A stretch of 64,000 nt of DNA from Dehalococcoidia bacterium (GTDB lineage Bacteria > Chloroflexota > Dehalococcoidia > Bin125). The notes below the pieces were generated by a model. That model saw only the letters and a list, made by a program, of their open reading frames with translations, had not been told where the DNA came from and ran no database searches. The stretch covers positions 1,408,001 to 1,472,000 of the forward strand of contig OY820591.1 of the NCBI GenBank assembly GCA_963555985.3, written 5' to 3'. Positions 21,305-31,596 of the stretch are shown piece after piece; the stretch's first letter is position 1; every line of letters begins with the position of its first letter. Position numbers and translations under genes: made by a program.

Positions 21305-21333
21305 ACTGTATGCAGTTGGGGCGAATAATTCAA
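21305..21333 (-). promoter_or_regulatory. Sigma70-type promoter of dnaG-rpoD
   Basis: Minus strand TTGAAT (21333-21328), 17 nt, TACAGT (21310-21305). Confidence 0.55.
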
Positions 21334-21389
21334 GCCAACGAGCTACCGACGCCGGGCGAACTGGGCTGGGCGGCGACGCGATGCAGCCG

Positions 21390-23357
21390 TCACTGACTCG
21401 CATCGACGGTCAGGCGATTGTTGCCTTCGTCGGATTCGCCGAGCGAATCGTCAGGGTCGAGCACGAGCGTACGCGGGCCATCGTGAGGCTGATTGCTGAC
21501 CAAGATCTCCGCGCCTCCGGGAGGCAGCGGCTGCGCGTTCGGCGCGCGTGAGATTCGTTCAATCTCCACTCCATTCGGGCCAACCAGTGCGACTTCGATT
21601 TGGTCGGCGGCGCCGTTGCCCTGGTTGACGATCGTGATCAGCGCGTAGCCCTCGTGATTGAAGACGACCTCGTGGAATGCGAGGTCGGGGAGCTGTTGCG
21701 GTCCCTGCGTTTCTTGCTGCTCAACCTCCAGCTCGTCTTCCGTCGTCTCTTGCTCCGCCTGTTGTTCCTCCTGCGCCTGTTCTTCCTCTTCAGTTTCTGG
21801 CGTTGGGGCGCGAAGCGTGACCTGCAACGTGTTGTTGCTCGTGTCGTCGTCGATCGTCGATTCGAGCACGACGAGTGCACTGACGTCGCGATCGATTGTG
21901 AAGTCGAGGGGAATGTTCGCCGACTCTTCCGAACCGAGCGAGAGCGTGATTCGCGCCTCGTCGAGCACCGCGCCATCGTGCGAGTCAATCAAGCTGAGTT
22001 GGATGCGGGCTTGTTCGACTGATACAGCGCTGAGATTGGCGACCGTGACGTTGATGCGCTCTGCATCCGGCTCCGGCTGTCGAGCATTGATCAGAGCAAG
22101 ATCGATGTTGTCTTCTTCCTCGCCTTCATCGTCCTCGGATTCATCGTCAGCTGAATCAGCACTCTCTTCGTCGTCTTCTTGTTGCTCACTGCCGTCCGCA
22201 ATCGCCGAAATGGTGATTCGGTGATCGAAACGACGCTCATCAGCGGCAAATGCCACGAGTTGGAGTTCGTATCGTCCTGACGCGGTGAGCCAGCGCTCGA
22301 GCCCGCTAATGGTCTCGCGGTATTCGCCACTGGCCGGCAGGCTGTCAGCGGCGGAGAAGATCAGCACGGATGAGCCTAACGATCCATCGGCGGCCACTGG
22401 CGTCACGTACAAAAGGACGCTCGCCAATGGACCGGTATTCCTGATGAGCACTTCAACGTCGATTGCGAGGTCAGGCGTGAGCCGGTAGTCGTCGCCGTCG
22501 GCAGGGCTGGCGATCAGCGCGACGGCCTCGCTGGTTGAGGCGTCGGTGTTGGTCCCGCTATCTCTAACGGTGGCCGCGTTGTCGTCCTCTCCCGCTGGCG
22601 CGCTGTCGGCCTGGGCAGTCGCAGCGCCGGGAACGGAGCCAGCCGGCAGGATGTTGATTTGCAACGTCCTCGACTCAGTGCGGCCGGCCGCGTCGACGAC
22701 GCGGAACACGACCTCCACTGCGCCGATCGGTTCCGGATCCGGGGTGAAGTCTATTGACACGACATAAGCGCCATCATCACCGAGTGTCGGAGACACCGCA
22801 GCCCTGAGTTGGCCGTTGACTTCGATCTCAAAGCGAGCAATCGCCTGCGCACCGCTCGCGCGCAGCACAATGCGCACGGTCTCGCCGACGATCAGTTGTT
22901 GATTCGGCGCGAGGCCGAGCACCTCGAGCTGCAGCGCAGCTGCGATGCGGGCATCGTCGTCTGTGACTTCGACCCTGATTTCCTGCACTGCCATGCGGCC
23001 CTGTTCATCGACAGCAACGATGCGGAGATCGGCGAAACCAAGGCGTTGCGGGGTCCAGATCAGCGATCCGATGTACTTGCCGCGGTCGGCAGAGTAGACA
23101 GGAATCGCTTCGGCAATGAGTTCCTCGTCCACTGAGAGCTTGAGGCTTGTGATCGGTGTGCCGGAGGCGACGCTGACGGTGATGTTCTGCGGCTCGCCGA
23201 GCAGAATCAATGCGCCATCCTCGATTGAAACAACGACTGCCGGAGCATCGCCGTCATCACCGCCGAGCAGGCCCAGGCGGTAAATGATGATGCTGGCGGC
23301 GCCGATGATCGCGGCGATAATGATGAGAATGGCGATGGACCCGAAGCGGCTGCCCAT
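21390..23357 (-). CDS. Membrane-anchored acidic surface protein with Ig-like and two CARDB-like domains
   Basis: N-terminal TM helix; repeated beta-rich units ending AVDEQGR / VVDAAGR; LPDLAF..ITIVNQG..LDPDDSLGESDEGNN CARDB signature; D/E-rich linkers. Confidence 0.7.
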   Translation of the reverse strand: MGSRFGSIAILIIIAAIIGAASIIIYRLGLLGGDDGDAPAVVVSIEDGALILLGEPQNITVSVASGTPITSLKLSVDEELIAEAIPVYSADRGKYIGSLIWTPQRLGFADLRIVAVDEQGRMAVQEIRVEVTDDDARIAAALQLEVLGLAPNQQLIVGETVRIVLRASGAQAIARFEIEVNGQLRAAVSPTLGDDGAYVVSIDFTPDPEPIGAVEVVFRVVDAAGRTESRTLQINILPAGSVPGAATAQADSAPAGEDDNAATVRDSGTNTDASTSEAVALIASPADGDDYRLTPDLAIDVEVLIRNTGPLASVLLYVTPVAADGSLGSSVLIFSAADSLPASGEYRETISGLERWLTASGRYELQLVAFAADERRFDHRITISAIADGSEQQEDDEESADSADDESEDDEGEEEDNIDLALINARQPEPDAERINVTVANLSAVSVEQARIQLSLIDSHDGAVLDEARITLSLGSEESANIPLDFTIDRDVSALVVLESTIDDDTSNNTLQVTLRAPTPETEEEEQAQEEQQAEQETTEDELEVEQQETQGPQQLPDLAFHEVVFNHEGYALITIVNQGNGAADQIEVALVGPNGVEIERISRAPNAQPLPPGGAEILVSNQPHDGPRTLVLDPDDSLGESDEGNNRLTVDASQ

Positions 23358-23408
23358 GCATCCCCCTCGGCCGGAGTGTGTTCGCCGCCTCGGCGATGAA
23401 CCAGAGGA

Positions 23409-25691
23409 TCAGCCGAGGATTCGAGCTTCGGCCTCGGCGACCAGACGGCGGGTGCGTTCGATCACATCCGGCGTAACTGAGATCGAAGTGATGCCCCACT
23501 CCACTAAACGCTCAGCAAGGTCGGGATGTTCCGATGGTCCCTGACCGCACACGGAAACGGTAATGCCGCGCCGCCGCGCGGTGGCGATCACGTGCTCAAT
23601 CGCGCGCATGACGGCGGGGTTTCGCTCGTCGAATGTGTCAGCAAATCGCTCCGAGTCGCGGTCGATTCCAAGCGTGAGTTGGGTGAGGTCGTTCGAGCCG
23701 ATCGAGACGCCGTCGATCCCGCAATCGATGAATTCGTCGAGCAGGAAGATGTTCGAGGGAACCTCGACCATCATCCAGAGTTGGAAGCCGTCCGGCGATT
23801 GGGCGTCGCGGACCAGCCCGTAGGCATCGATCTGTTGTACGACTTGTCGCATCTCGTCGGGTGTTCGCACAAACGGGATCATCAAGTGGAGGTTGGGGTG
23901 ATCGGCTCGGACTTGTTCGAGCGCGCGCAGTTCCAGCTCAAAGAGGTCGGGCTCGCGGATGTAGCGGGCCGCACCTCGGTATCCGATCATCGGATTCTCT
24001 TCTGTGGGTTCGTGGACATCCCCGCCCGTGAGGTTGGCGTACTCGTTGGTCTTGAAGTCGGTGGCTCGATAGACGACCGGGCGAGGGTCGAAGGCGGAGG
24101 CGATCTTGCGCATGCCCTCGCCCAAGCGGCGCACATACTCGTCTTCGCGCCCGGTATCGATGAAGTTCCGTGGATGCTCACCTAGGCGGGCGATGATGAA
24201 CTCCGCTCGCAGCAAGCCCACGCCATCGACATCTCGCTGTGCGACGCGATCGGCGATCTCGGGCTCAGCGAGATTGACATAGAGCTTGGTCTTGGTGGGG
24301 ATCGGGGCGTAGAGCTCTTCTTCACGGTCATGCCACCACGAGAGCAACTCGCTCTGCTCTCCCGCATAGACCTGTCCGCCGCCGCCGTCGACAGTGACGA
24401 TGGAACCAGGCTGGAGGCTGGTGGCTCCAAGCGCGCCAACGACACAGGGCACGCCAAGTTCGCGGCTGATGATGGCGGCGTGGCAAGTGCGGCCACCGCG
24501 TTCGGTGATGATTGCAGCGGCGCGTTTCATCGCCGGTACGAAGTCGGGTGTAGTCATCTCAGCGACGAGCACGTCTCCCTCGCTGACCTGCGCCGTTTCG
24601 GCCGGGTCAAAAATGATGCGGATTCTGCCGCTGCCTACCCCAGGCGACGCAGGCGAGCCGCTCAGGAGCGGTTGCTCAATCGGAGTCGGCGCAGGAATGT
24701 CCTGCGTTTCGCCCGGCGGAGTGACCGTTGTAATCGGACGGGTTTGGAGCAGGTAGAAATCCCCGTCGACCCAACCCCACTCAATGTCCTGGGGCGATCC
24801 GTAGTGCGACTCGATTCGCTTGCCGATCCGACTGAGTTCGACGACCTGGGCGTTCGTCAGCTTTGCGCGTCCGCCGTCGGTTTCGGAGAGCGTCTGCCAG
24901 GTGTTCAGGTTGTCGGAACCGTTCGGCGAGCGAACGAGCATGCGGTCCTGGACGAAGATCTGACGATCGATGATCGCCTCGGATTGCTTGTCCACCTCGA
25001 AGTGATCGGGCGAAACCATGCCGCCTACGACAGCTTCCCCCAGACCGAACGCGGCTTCGATCACAACTCGATTCGGGTCGTTGGAGATGGGATCGACGGT
25101 GAACATGACCCCTGACGATTGGGACTGCACCATTTGCTGCACAGGCACGGCTAGATCGACGTCCAAGTGGCCCCAGCCGGCCTGCTCGCGATAGAAGACG
25201 GCTCGGGCTTCGAACAGTGACGCCCAGCAGCGCTGGACTGCCTCAACCACTTCGACCGCTCCCTCTACATTGAGGAAGGTGGCCTGCTGTCCGGCGAAGG
25301 AGGCTTCGGCGAGGTCTTCGGCTGTGGCTGAGCTGCGGACGGCGACTGGCCCTTCGCCGAGATCGCGATATGACGCTGCGATCTCCTCTTGGATTGACGC
25401 GGGCATATCCGCCTGCTCGATCGCATGACGCACATCGGCCGCGACGCGGTTGAGTTGGGCGTCGTCGTTTACGTCAAGCCCAGTAAGCAGTTGACGCAAG
25501 ACTGCCAAGAGTCCGCTCTGTTGAATGAACTGTCGATAGGCCCGGGTGGTGACGATGAAGCCGGGCGGCACCGGGATATTGGCCTGGGTGAGTTCTCCAA
25601 GATTGGCGCCCTTGCCGCCGACGAGGGCGACGGCATTGCGGCCAACATCGGCGAACCAGACGATGTTCTGGGCTTCAGCGCTCATCGGCAT
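23409..25691 (-). CDS. ppsA: Phosphoenolpyruvate synthase
   Basis: VGGKGANLGEL, AVRSSATAEDL..SFAGQQ, GGRTCHAAII (phospho-His), EENPMIGYRG, SIGSNDLTQ. Confidence 0.95.
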   Translation of the reverse strand: MPMSAEAQNIVWFADVGRNAVALVGGKGANLGELTQANIPVPPGFIVTTRAYRQFIQQSGLLAVLRQLLTGLDVNDDAQLNRVAADVRHAIEQADMPASIQEEIAASYRDLGEGPVAVRSSATAEDLAEASFAGQQATFLNVEGAVEVVEAVQRCWASLFEARAVFYREQAGWGHLDVDLAVPVQQMVQSQSSGVMFTVDPISNDPNRVVIEAAFGLGEAVVGGMVSPDHFEVDKQSEAIIDRQIFVQDRMLVRSPNGSDNLNTWQTLSETDGGRAKLTNAQVVELSRIGKRIESHYGSPQDIEWGWVDGDFYLLQTRPITTVTPPGETQDIPAPTPIEQPLLSGSPASPGVGSGRIRIIFDPAETAQVSEGDVLVAEMTTPDFVPAMKRAAAIITERGGRTCHAAIISRELGVPCVVGALGATSLQPGSIVTVDGGGGQVYAGEQSELLSWWHDREEELYAPIPTKTKLYVNLAEPEIADRVAQRDVDGVGLLRAEFIIARLGEHPRNFIDTGREDEYVRRLGEGMRKIASAFDPRPVVYRATDFKTNEYANLTGGDVHEPTEENPMIGYRGAARYIREPDLFELELRALEQVRADHPNLHLMIPFVRTPDEMRQVVQQIDAYGLVRDAQSPDGFQLWMMVEVPSNIFLLDEFIDCGIDGVSIGSNDLTQLTLGIDRDSERFADTFDERNPAVMRAIEHVIATARRRGITVSVCGQGPSEHPDLAERLVEWGITSISVTPDVIERTRRLVAEAEARILG

Positions 25692-25776
25692 GTTCCGGTT
25701 TGTTGTGCTGGTGGGCAGTGGGGCTCACGCTGAGCGTGACCAGTCGCGGCGTAGGAAGAGCGTGCACAGCGGGGTG

Positions 25777-25785
25777 ATGATATCA
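25777..25785 (-). promoter_or_regulatory. Extended -10 promoter element for ppsA
   Basis: Minus strand TG-A-TATCAT, inside palindrome GGTGAT-GAT-ATCACC (25773-25787). Confidence 0.4.
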
Positions 25786-25855
25786 CCGGGTTAACGCGAT
25801 TCTCTATTGGCCTGCGCACATTGTCCGCCATTGCCGCGTCATTTCTCGCATGAAC

Positions 25856-27700
25856 TCACTCGACGGTCACTGTCTTCGCAAGGTTGCGCGGCTGATCGAT
25901 ATCGAGCCCGCGTGCAAGCGCGATGTGGTAGCTGAACAGCTGCACGACCGGCGTGAGCGCGAACGGAGTGAGCAAGGGTGGGGCCGTCGGCACCCCAATG
26001 AAGTGGTCGACGAGTTCTTCGAGCTCCGTGTCGCCATCGTCGCCGATCGCAATGACTGGCGCGCGACGCGCTCGCACCTGCTGAATTGCGCTGATCATCT
26101 TGTCGAAGAGTGGTCCTCGAGGCGCCAGCGCGACGACCGGGAATTCGCGGTCTAGCAGGGCGATTGGGCCGTGTTTCATTTCCCCGGCCGGATATCCCTC
26201 TGCGTGGGCGTACGAGATCTCCTTGCACTTCAGCGCAGCTTCCATGGCAACTGGATATTCGATGCCGCGGCCGAGGACGAGGAAATTGGCGGCGTTAATG
26301 TGGTGTTCGGCGATTTCAGCGCAGCGTTGCTCCTGGGCCAATCCTCGCTCGACCAGCGAGGGGGTGGCAAGCAGCTGTTCTAGCACACCACTCAGTTGAG
26401 CCGGACTCAGCATTCCGCGCGCGGCTCCGAGACGGCACGCAAGCAGATAGAGCGCCGCAAGCGATCCTGTGAACGTCTTGGTTGACGCGACACCAACTTC
26501 CGGGCCGCAACGCAGCAGCAGCGCAGCGTCCGCGCGCCGCGCCGCCTCAGAACCGGGGACGTTAGTGATGGCGATCTGGGGAGCGCCCCAACGTGTGCGG
26601 ACTGCGTCCATCGCGCCCAATGTGTCGATCGTTTCGCCGGACTGAGTGATTGCGACGACCAATGTCGAGGGACCGAGAATCGGCGCGCGAAATCGGAACT
26701 CTGAGGCATTGTCACAATCGGCAGGGATACCAGCGATGTGTTCAATCCACCAGCGCCCAATCATTGCCGCATGGAGTGAGGTACCCATGCCGATGACGAG
26801 CACTCGTTCGATCCGGCGCAGGTCGTCGTCGCTGAAGGCGAGGTCGTCTTGGAGGGCGCTCGCCGGATTCAGGCGTGCGCGGCCTCGGATCGTGTCGGAG
26901 AGCGCACGAGGCTGCTCGTGGATCTCTTTCAGCATGAAATGGCGATACGAGCCGCGTTGGATCGCGACCGGGTCGAGATCGACGGTCGTTGGTGCGGGAC
27001 TGAACGAGTCTTCGCCTCGCCGGTGAATACGCATGTCGTCAGCTTGGATCGTGGCGATGTCACCATCTTTGAGGTGGTAGACGGATGTGGTGTGCGGCAG
27101 CAGGGCTGGCAGATCGCTTGCGATGAACATCTCGCCATCGCCAAAGCCAACGACGATGCCGCCCGCCGAACCGCGGCGAGCGGCGTAGATTCGCTCAGGC
27201 TGAGCGCGATGGACAGCCGCTATGGCATTTGCGCCTCGAATCAGGTCGAGAGCTTCTCGGAGCGCATCCTCAAAGGCCTTGCCACGCTTCAGCCCGCGCG
27301 AAATCAGTTGAGGGATCACCTCTGCATCGGTGTCGGTCTCAAACCGCACGCCGTTTCCCTCGAGGGCGGCGCGGAGTTCGCGGTAGTTCTCGACGATGCC
27401 GTTCTGCACCACGATCACATCACCAAGACTCGACGTGTGCGGATGCGCGTTGCGGTCCGAGGGTTCACCGTGCGTCGCCCAGCGTGTATGACCGATACCG
27501 GCGCCGCCGCTGGGCATGTCGCCGATCGACTGTTCGAGCGCCGCGAGCTTTCCTTGGCGTTTGAGCACGGCGATTGCGCCGTCGCGGTCCAGGACGGCAA
27601 TACCGGCCGAGTCGTAGCCCCGATATTCGAGCCGTTGCAGGCCTTCAAGCAGGATCGGACCGGCGGCGCGGTCGCCGATGTAACCAACGATGCCGCACAT
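25856..27700 (-). CDS. glmS: Glutamine--fructose-6-phosphate aminotransferase
   Basis: MCGIVG, LEYRGYDSAG, GHTRWATHG, ITQSGET, VASTKTF, PRNLAKTVTVE. Confidence 0.97.
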   Translation of the reverse strand: MCGIVGYIGDRAAGPILLEGLQRLEYRGYDSAGIAVLDRDGAIAVLKRQGKLAALEQSIGDMPSGGAGIGHTRWATHGEPSDRNAHPHTSSLGDVIVVQNGIVENYRELRAALEGNGVRFETDTDAEVIPQLISRGLKRGKAFEDALREALDLIRGANAIAAVHRAQPERIYAARRGSAGGIVVGFGDGEMFIASDLPALLPHTTSVYHLKDGDIATIQADDMRIHRRGEDSFSPAPTTVDLDPVAIQRGSYRHFMLKEIHEQPRALSDTIRGRARLNPASALQDDLAFSDDDLRRIERVLVIGMGTSLHAAMIGRWWIEHIAGIPADCDNASEFRFRAPILGPSTLVVAITQSGETIDTLGAMDAVRTRWGAPQIAITNVPGSEAARRADAALLLRCGPEVGVASTKTFTGSLAALYLLACRLGAARGMLSPAQLSGVLEQLLATPSLVERGLAQEQRCAEIAEHHINAANFLVLGRGIEYPVAMEAALKCKEISYAHAEGYPAGEMKHGPIALLDREFPVVALAPRGPLFDKMISAIQQVRARRAPVIAIGDDGDTELEELVDHFIGVPTAPPLLTPFALTPVVQLFSYHIALARGLDIDQPRNLAKTVTVE

Positions 27701-27709
27701 GGGGCGCTC

Positions 27710-29128
27710 TCAGTTCTTCCCCGCCGCGGGCGCCGCTGTGGTCCATGCGCGACCGTTACTGCGTTCCGGTTGGATCCGCATGGAGGCCTCAGCAGGCGCT
27801 GAGATCGACTCTAGGAGGTCGGAAAAGGTGTAGACAAACGCGATCGGCCGTTGCAGTTCGTGCTCCAGTTCGCCGGGCGTAGTGTCGTCGAGGAACTTGC
27901 GTCCGAAGTAGTCCAGTGAGGCTCTGGGGAGGAAAACTCGCTCTGCGAGATCGTGATTGCGCAACGCCTCGGCAAAGTCCCGTCCGGGAATGAGCCCACT
28001 GACGTTGACACGTTCACCGAACAGGTGGTTTGCGACTGGAATCACGTCGAAGTCGATGCCGGTGTATGCGCTGACTTCATCGGCCAGTCTTCGCAAGGTT
28101 GGCGCAATCAGTCGTCCGCACGCGAGCGATGCTCGGCTCGGAGCATCAGCAGGGGTGCGCAATCTACCTTCGCGCAGCCGACGTCGAGTTTTGCGCCAAT
28201 CGTCGATCAGCGTGCGGGTCATGCCGATCCCATTCTCCCATTGCGGGAACTCGTCATAACGGCTGGCCGAAGGAATCTGAGCACCCGCAGCGAGGTAGAA
28301 CTCGTCGCTGGGAAAAACAACGGAGCGTCCGCGCTCGCGGCGCGCTGACCGCTGCCAGCGGCGCAGTTGGCGGACGACCCGCCGCGCTTCACCGGCAGTG
28401 TGCGCGCGCATCCCGCCGTGGTTGATTCGTTCTTCGCCTTCGAGTGAGGAGCCGACAGGCACTACCCCGATAGAGGTGACGTTGCCGTGCTTGAGGAGCT
28501 CGTTCACAGTCCGGTCGAGCGCTTCACGGTCGTTGACGCCTGGACAGAGGACGATCTGTGTATGCGCTTCAATCCCGAACGAGTCGAGTCGTCGCAGTTG
28601 CTCGCGAATGTCGGGAGCGCGGGGATTGCCCAACAATTCGCGGCGGAGCTGAAGATCCGTCGCGTGGACACTGACGTGGAGCGGTGAGAGGCGCTGCTCT
28701 TCGAGGCGAGTCCAGTCGTCTTCGGAGAGGTTCGTAAGCGTGACGAAGTTGCCGTGCAAGAAGGAGAGGCGGTAGTCGTCGTCCTTGATGTAGAGCGGGC
28801 GGCGCAGCCCTTTGGGCAGGCCTTTGAGAAAGCAGAAGAAGCACTTGTTGTTGCAGATGCGGGTACCGTCGAAGGCGTCATCCTCGAACTCGACGCCGAG
28901 CGGTTCGTCGATTGGTTTTTCGAATTCGACGACTCCTTCCTCGCCTCCATGAATCACATCGAGTGTGACGAAGTCGTCCGTCGTCTGAAAGCGATAGTCG
29001 AGTTGGTCGCGGATGGGTTTGCCATTGACCGCGAGGATCCGGTCGCCCGGCTGGAGGCCGGCCTCGTCGGCAAGCGAGCCTGGTGCGACGACGCTGATTG
29101 CGCCGTTGCCGAGACGCTTACGTGTCAT
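27710..29128 (-). CDS. PDZ plus radical-SAM-like DUF512 domain protein
   Basis: N-terminal PDZ (PGSLADEAGLQPGDRILAVNG), CNNKCFFC, LYIKDDDYRLSFLHGNFVTLTN, PQWENGIGM. Confidence 0.9.
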   Translation of the reverse strand: MTRKRLGNGAISVVAPGSLADEAGLQPGDRILAVNGKPIRDQLDYRFQTTDDFVTLDVIHGGEEGVVEFEKPIDEPLGVEFEDDAFDGTRICNNKCFFCFLKGLPKGLRRPLYIKDDDYRLSFLHGNFVTLTNLSEDDWTRLEEQRLSPLHVSVHATDLQLRRELLGNPRAPDIREQLRRLDSFGIEAHTQIVLCPGVNDREALDRTVNELLKHGNVTSIGVVPVGSSLEGEERINHGGMRAHTAGEARRVVRQLRRWQRSARRERGRSVVFPSDEFYLAAGAQIPSASRYDEFPQWENGIGMTRTLIDDWRKTRRRLREGRLRTPADAPSRASLACGRLIAPTLRRLADEVSAYTGIDFDVIPVANHLFGERVNVSGLIPGRDFAEALRNHDLAERVFLPRASLDYFGRKFLDDTTPGELEHELQRPIAFVYTFSDLLESISAPAEASMRIQPERSNGRAWTTAAPAAGKN

Positions 29129-29184
29129 CGTCCGGCGGTTCTGTGTGGTTCATAGGTCAGATCCGACGCGAATGTCTTCCGAAT

Positions 29185-30060
29185 TCAGACACCCGCCTCG
29201 ATCAATTCGCCGATTGCCTCGACCCGGCTCACGACGGCCTCAATCGAGAAGTCAGGCGTCGATGCGCCGGCGGTAACGCCAATGTCCTCGTGTCCGTAGA
29301 ACCACTCGACCTCAAGCTCCGCTGCTGTTTCGACGTGGTAGGTTTCGACGCCGTTGGCGCGCGATAGCTCAGCGAGGTGGCGCGTGTTCGCGGAGTTGTA
29401 CCCGCCAACCACAATCATCAGGTCAACGTTGTCGGTCAAGTCGCGCGTGGCGGCTTGTTGAGAGGTCGTGGCATTGCAGAGCACGTTGACGACGCGGATT
29501 TCGGTGATCTGGCCAATTCGGGCGCTCATCAGGTTGGCCACAAAATCGGCGAAGCGCTCGGGCGTATGAGTGGTCTGTGAGATCACGCCGATCTTGCTCG
29601 GCAGATACTCAGGCAAGCCCTCGAGGGACTCATTCGGGATCACGATTCCGCGGCCGCGGCACCAGCCGAGCACGCCCTTGACCTCTGGGTGATTGGGGTC
29701 GCCAAAGATAATGATGGTGAAACCGCGCTCGGCCAGATTACGGGCCGCGCGCTGCGCGCGCGAGACGAACTGGCAGGTCGTGTCGATCACGCGGTAGCCC
29801 TTCGCCTCGATGTCGCGAACGACGGTTTCGCCGACGCCATGGGCGGTGATTGCTACAGTGTCCGTCTCAACCCCGTCGGCAGTGCGGTCTTCCCTCACCC
29901 GAATGCCGGTGTCTTCCAGGCGGGCGACCACCTGTGGATTGTGTACGACTTGACCGAGGGTGGTAACGAGGGTGCCGTTGGCGGCGGCTTCCTGCATCAT
30001 GTCCACGGCTCGTCGGACGCCGAAGCAGAAGCCCATATCACGGGCGCGGTGAATCCTCAT
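29185..30060 (-). CDS. ispH: 4-hydroxy-3-methylbut-2-enyl diphosphate reductase
   Basis: GFCFGVRRA, VHN, AHG, DTTC, HPEV, SQTT, CNAT, SANT, GVTAGASTP. Confidence 0.95.
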   Translation of the reverse strand: MRIHRARDMGFCFGVRRAVDMMQEAAANGTLVTTLGQVVHNPQVVARLEDTGIRVREDRTADGVETDTVAITAHGVGETVVRDIEAKGYRVIDTTCQFVSRAQRAARNLAERGFTIIIFGDPNHPEVKGVLGWCRGRGIVIPNESLEGLPEYLPSKIGVISQTTHTPERFADFVANLMSARIGQITEIRVVNVLCNATTSQQAATRDLTDNVDLMIVVGGYNSANTRHLAELSRANGVETYHVETAAELEVEWFYGHEDIGVTAGASTPDFSIEAVVSRVEAIGELIEAGV

Positions 30061-30857
30061 GCGATGGCTCCTGGCTTCTCGGTCTCGGGTGGATCAACGG
30101 CTGGCTCCTCTACGAGGTGAGCGTACACGCCACGATAAGCGGGAGGTAGCTGTTCGGCAATGGCGCGCATGAGCTGTTCATGCGCGCGGTTGATGTCTTC
30201 GCGGGTGATTCGCTTGCCGGCCGGCGTCAGGGTAAACGGTTCGGACGCCACCATTCGGACCCGGGTGCGGGCTACCAGTGAGCGCCAGCCCCCGCGCAGG
30301 TTCTCTGATCCAGTGATCGCCACGGCGACGACCGGACGTCCGGTCCGCAAGGCGAGCAACGCCGTGCCTGAATGCGCGTGCATGAGTGCGTCGGTGTCGG
30401 AGCGATGGCCTTCCGGGAACATGCCAACGACGGCTCCTTCGTTGAGCAAACGCTCGGCTTCGCGGAGCGCGAGTCGGTCGCCCATTCCCCGGCGGACCGG
30501 AAACGCGCCTGAGAGCGCGAACAGATAGCCGATGATCGGTTCCTTTTGGAACAGCTCGATCTTGGCCATGTAGCGAGGGGAACGGGGGTAGATCGCCGAG
30601 GCCATCATCGCCGGGTCTGCGGAGGAGAGGTGGTTGGACGCGATGATCACACCGGTCTCAGGAATGCGGTCGAAGTGAATCCACTCGCAGCGGACGATCT
30701 GCAGAAACGCGAGCCGGGCGAAGAAGCCGGCGACCAAGAACCAAACACGCGAAGCATTCGGCATACCGGTCATGCCGATCTGCGCGAGCGCTGCGTATTC
30801 GCCAAAAAACAGTCGGGTCAGTTGGCGGGTGATCCAGCGGTAAGCGATGCGAGTCAT
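30057..30857 (-). CDS. plsC: 1-acyl-sn-glycerol-3-phosphate (lysophospholipid) acyltransferase
   Basis: SNHLSSADP (HxxxxD), MAKIELF, FPEGHRS. Confidence 0.88.
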   Translation of the reverse strand: MTRIAYRWITRQLTRLFFGEYAALAQIGMTGMPNASRVWFLVAGFFARLAFLQIVRCEWIHFDRIPETGVIIASNHLSSADPAMMASAIYPRSPRYMAKIELFQKEPIIGYLFALSGAFPVRRGMGDRLALREAERLLNEGAVVGMFPEGHRSDTDALMHAHSGTALLALRTGRPVVAVAITGSENLRGGWRSLVARTRVRMVASEPFTLTPAGKRITREDINRAHEQLMRAIAEQLPPAYRGVYAHLVEEPAVDPPETEKPGAIA

Positions 30858-30861
30858 CGGC

Positions 30862-31587
30862 TCAGCTCACCTTCGTCGCCCGCCCGCACGCGAAAAGGCG
30901 GGCCCGAACGATCTGTTCGGCTGCGTCTACAGATTCTTCCAGCGTGAGCGCGGACGTGTCCAGGGTCACGGCATCCTCGGCCGCGAGCAGCGGCGATGCT
31001 GCTCGCCCGCGGTCGCGCGCGTCACGGCGGCGCGTCGCACGCAGCACGGCTTGAGCGTCGATCTGTTGATTCATCTGCGCCGCGCGGCGCTTCGCGCGGA
31101 CTTCCTCAGACGCTGTGAGGAAGATCTTGACGGGCGCGTCGGGCAGTACGACGGTCCCAATGTCCCGCCCGACCACGACGAGCCGGCCCTGAACGGACTC
31201 CTTTTGCTGATGAGCTACCAGTAGTTCTCGAACCTCGGCGATCGCTGCGACAACGGGCACTGCCGACTCGACATCCGCCTCGCGTAAGTGTGGAGTCGCG
31301 GCTTCGCCATTGACGAAGATGTCGAGCTCGGCGCGTCCGGCTTCATCGTTCGGCAGGAGCGCGATTTCCGCCGCTCGAATTAGTTCGGCGACGCTCTCTT
31401 CTTCGTCCAGATGGACTTCGTTGCGCAAGGCGTGCCAGGTTGCGGCGCGGTACATCACACCGGTGTCGAAAAGCCGCCAGCCGAGTCGCTGCGCGAGTGC
31501 GCGACCGACGGCGGTCTTGCCCGACGCGACCGGACCGTCAATGGCGACTAGGCGGTCCGTTCGCGTGACTGAATCAGAGTTGCCCAT
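30862..31587 (-). CDS. cmk: Cytidylate kinase
   Basis: AIDGPVASGKT, DTGVMYRA, GRDIGTVVLPDA, LTASEEVRAKRR. Confidence 0.95.
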   Translation of the reverse strand: MGNSDSVTRTDRLVAIDGPVASGKTAVGRALAQRLGWRLFDTGVMYRAATWHALRNEVHLDEEESVAELIRAAEIALLPNDEAGRAELDIFVNGEAATPHLREADVESAVPVVAAIAEVRELLVAHQQKESVQGRLVVVGRDIGTVVLPDAPVKIFLTASEEVRAKRRAAQMNQQIDAQAVLRATRRRDARDRGRAASPLLAAEDAVTLDTSALTLEESVDAAEQIVRARLFACGRATKVS

Positions 31588-31596
31588 TGCTTCATG

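Noticed and set aside
27701-27709. glmS ribozyme upstream of glmS
   Set aside because: The intergenic gap is only 9 nt.
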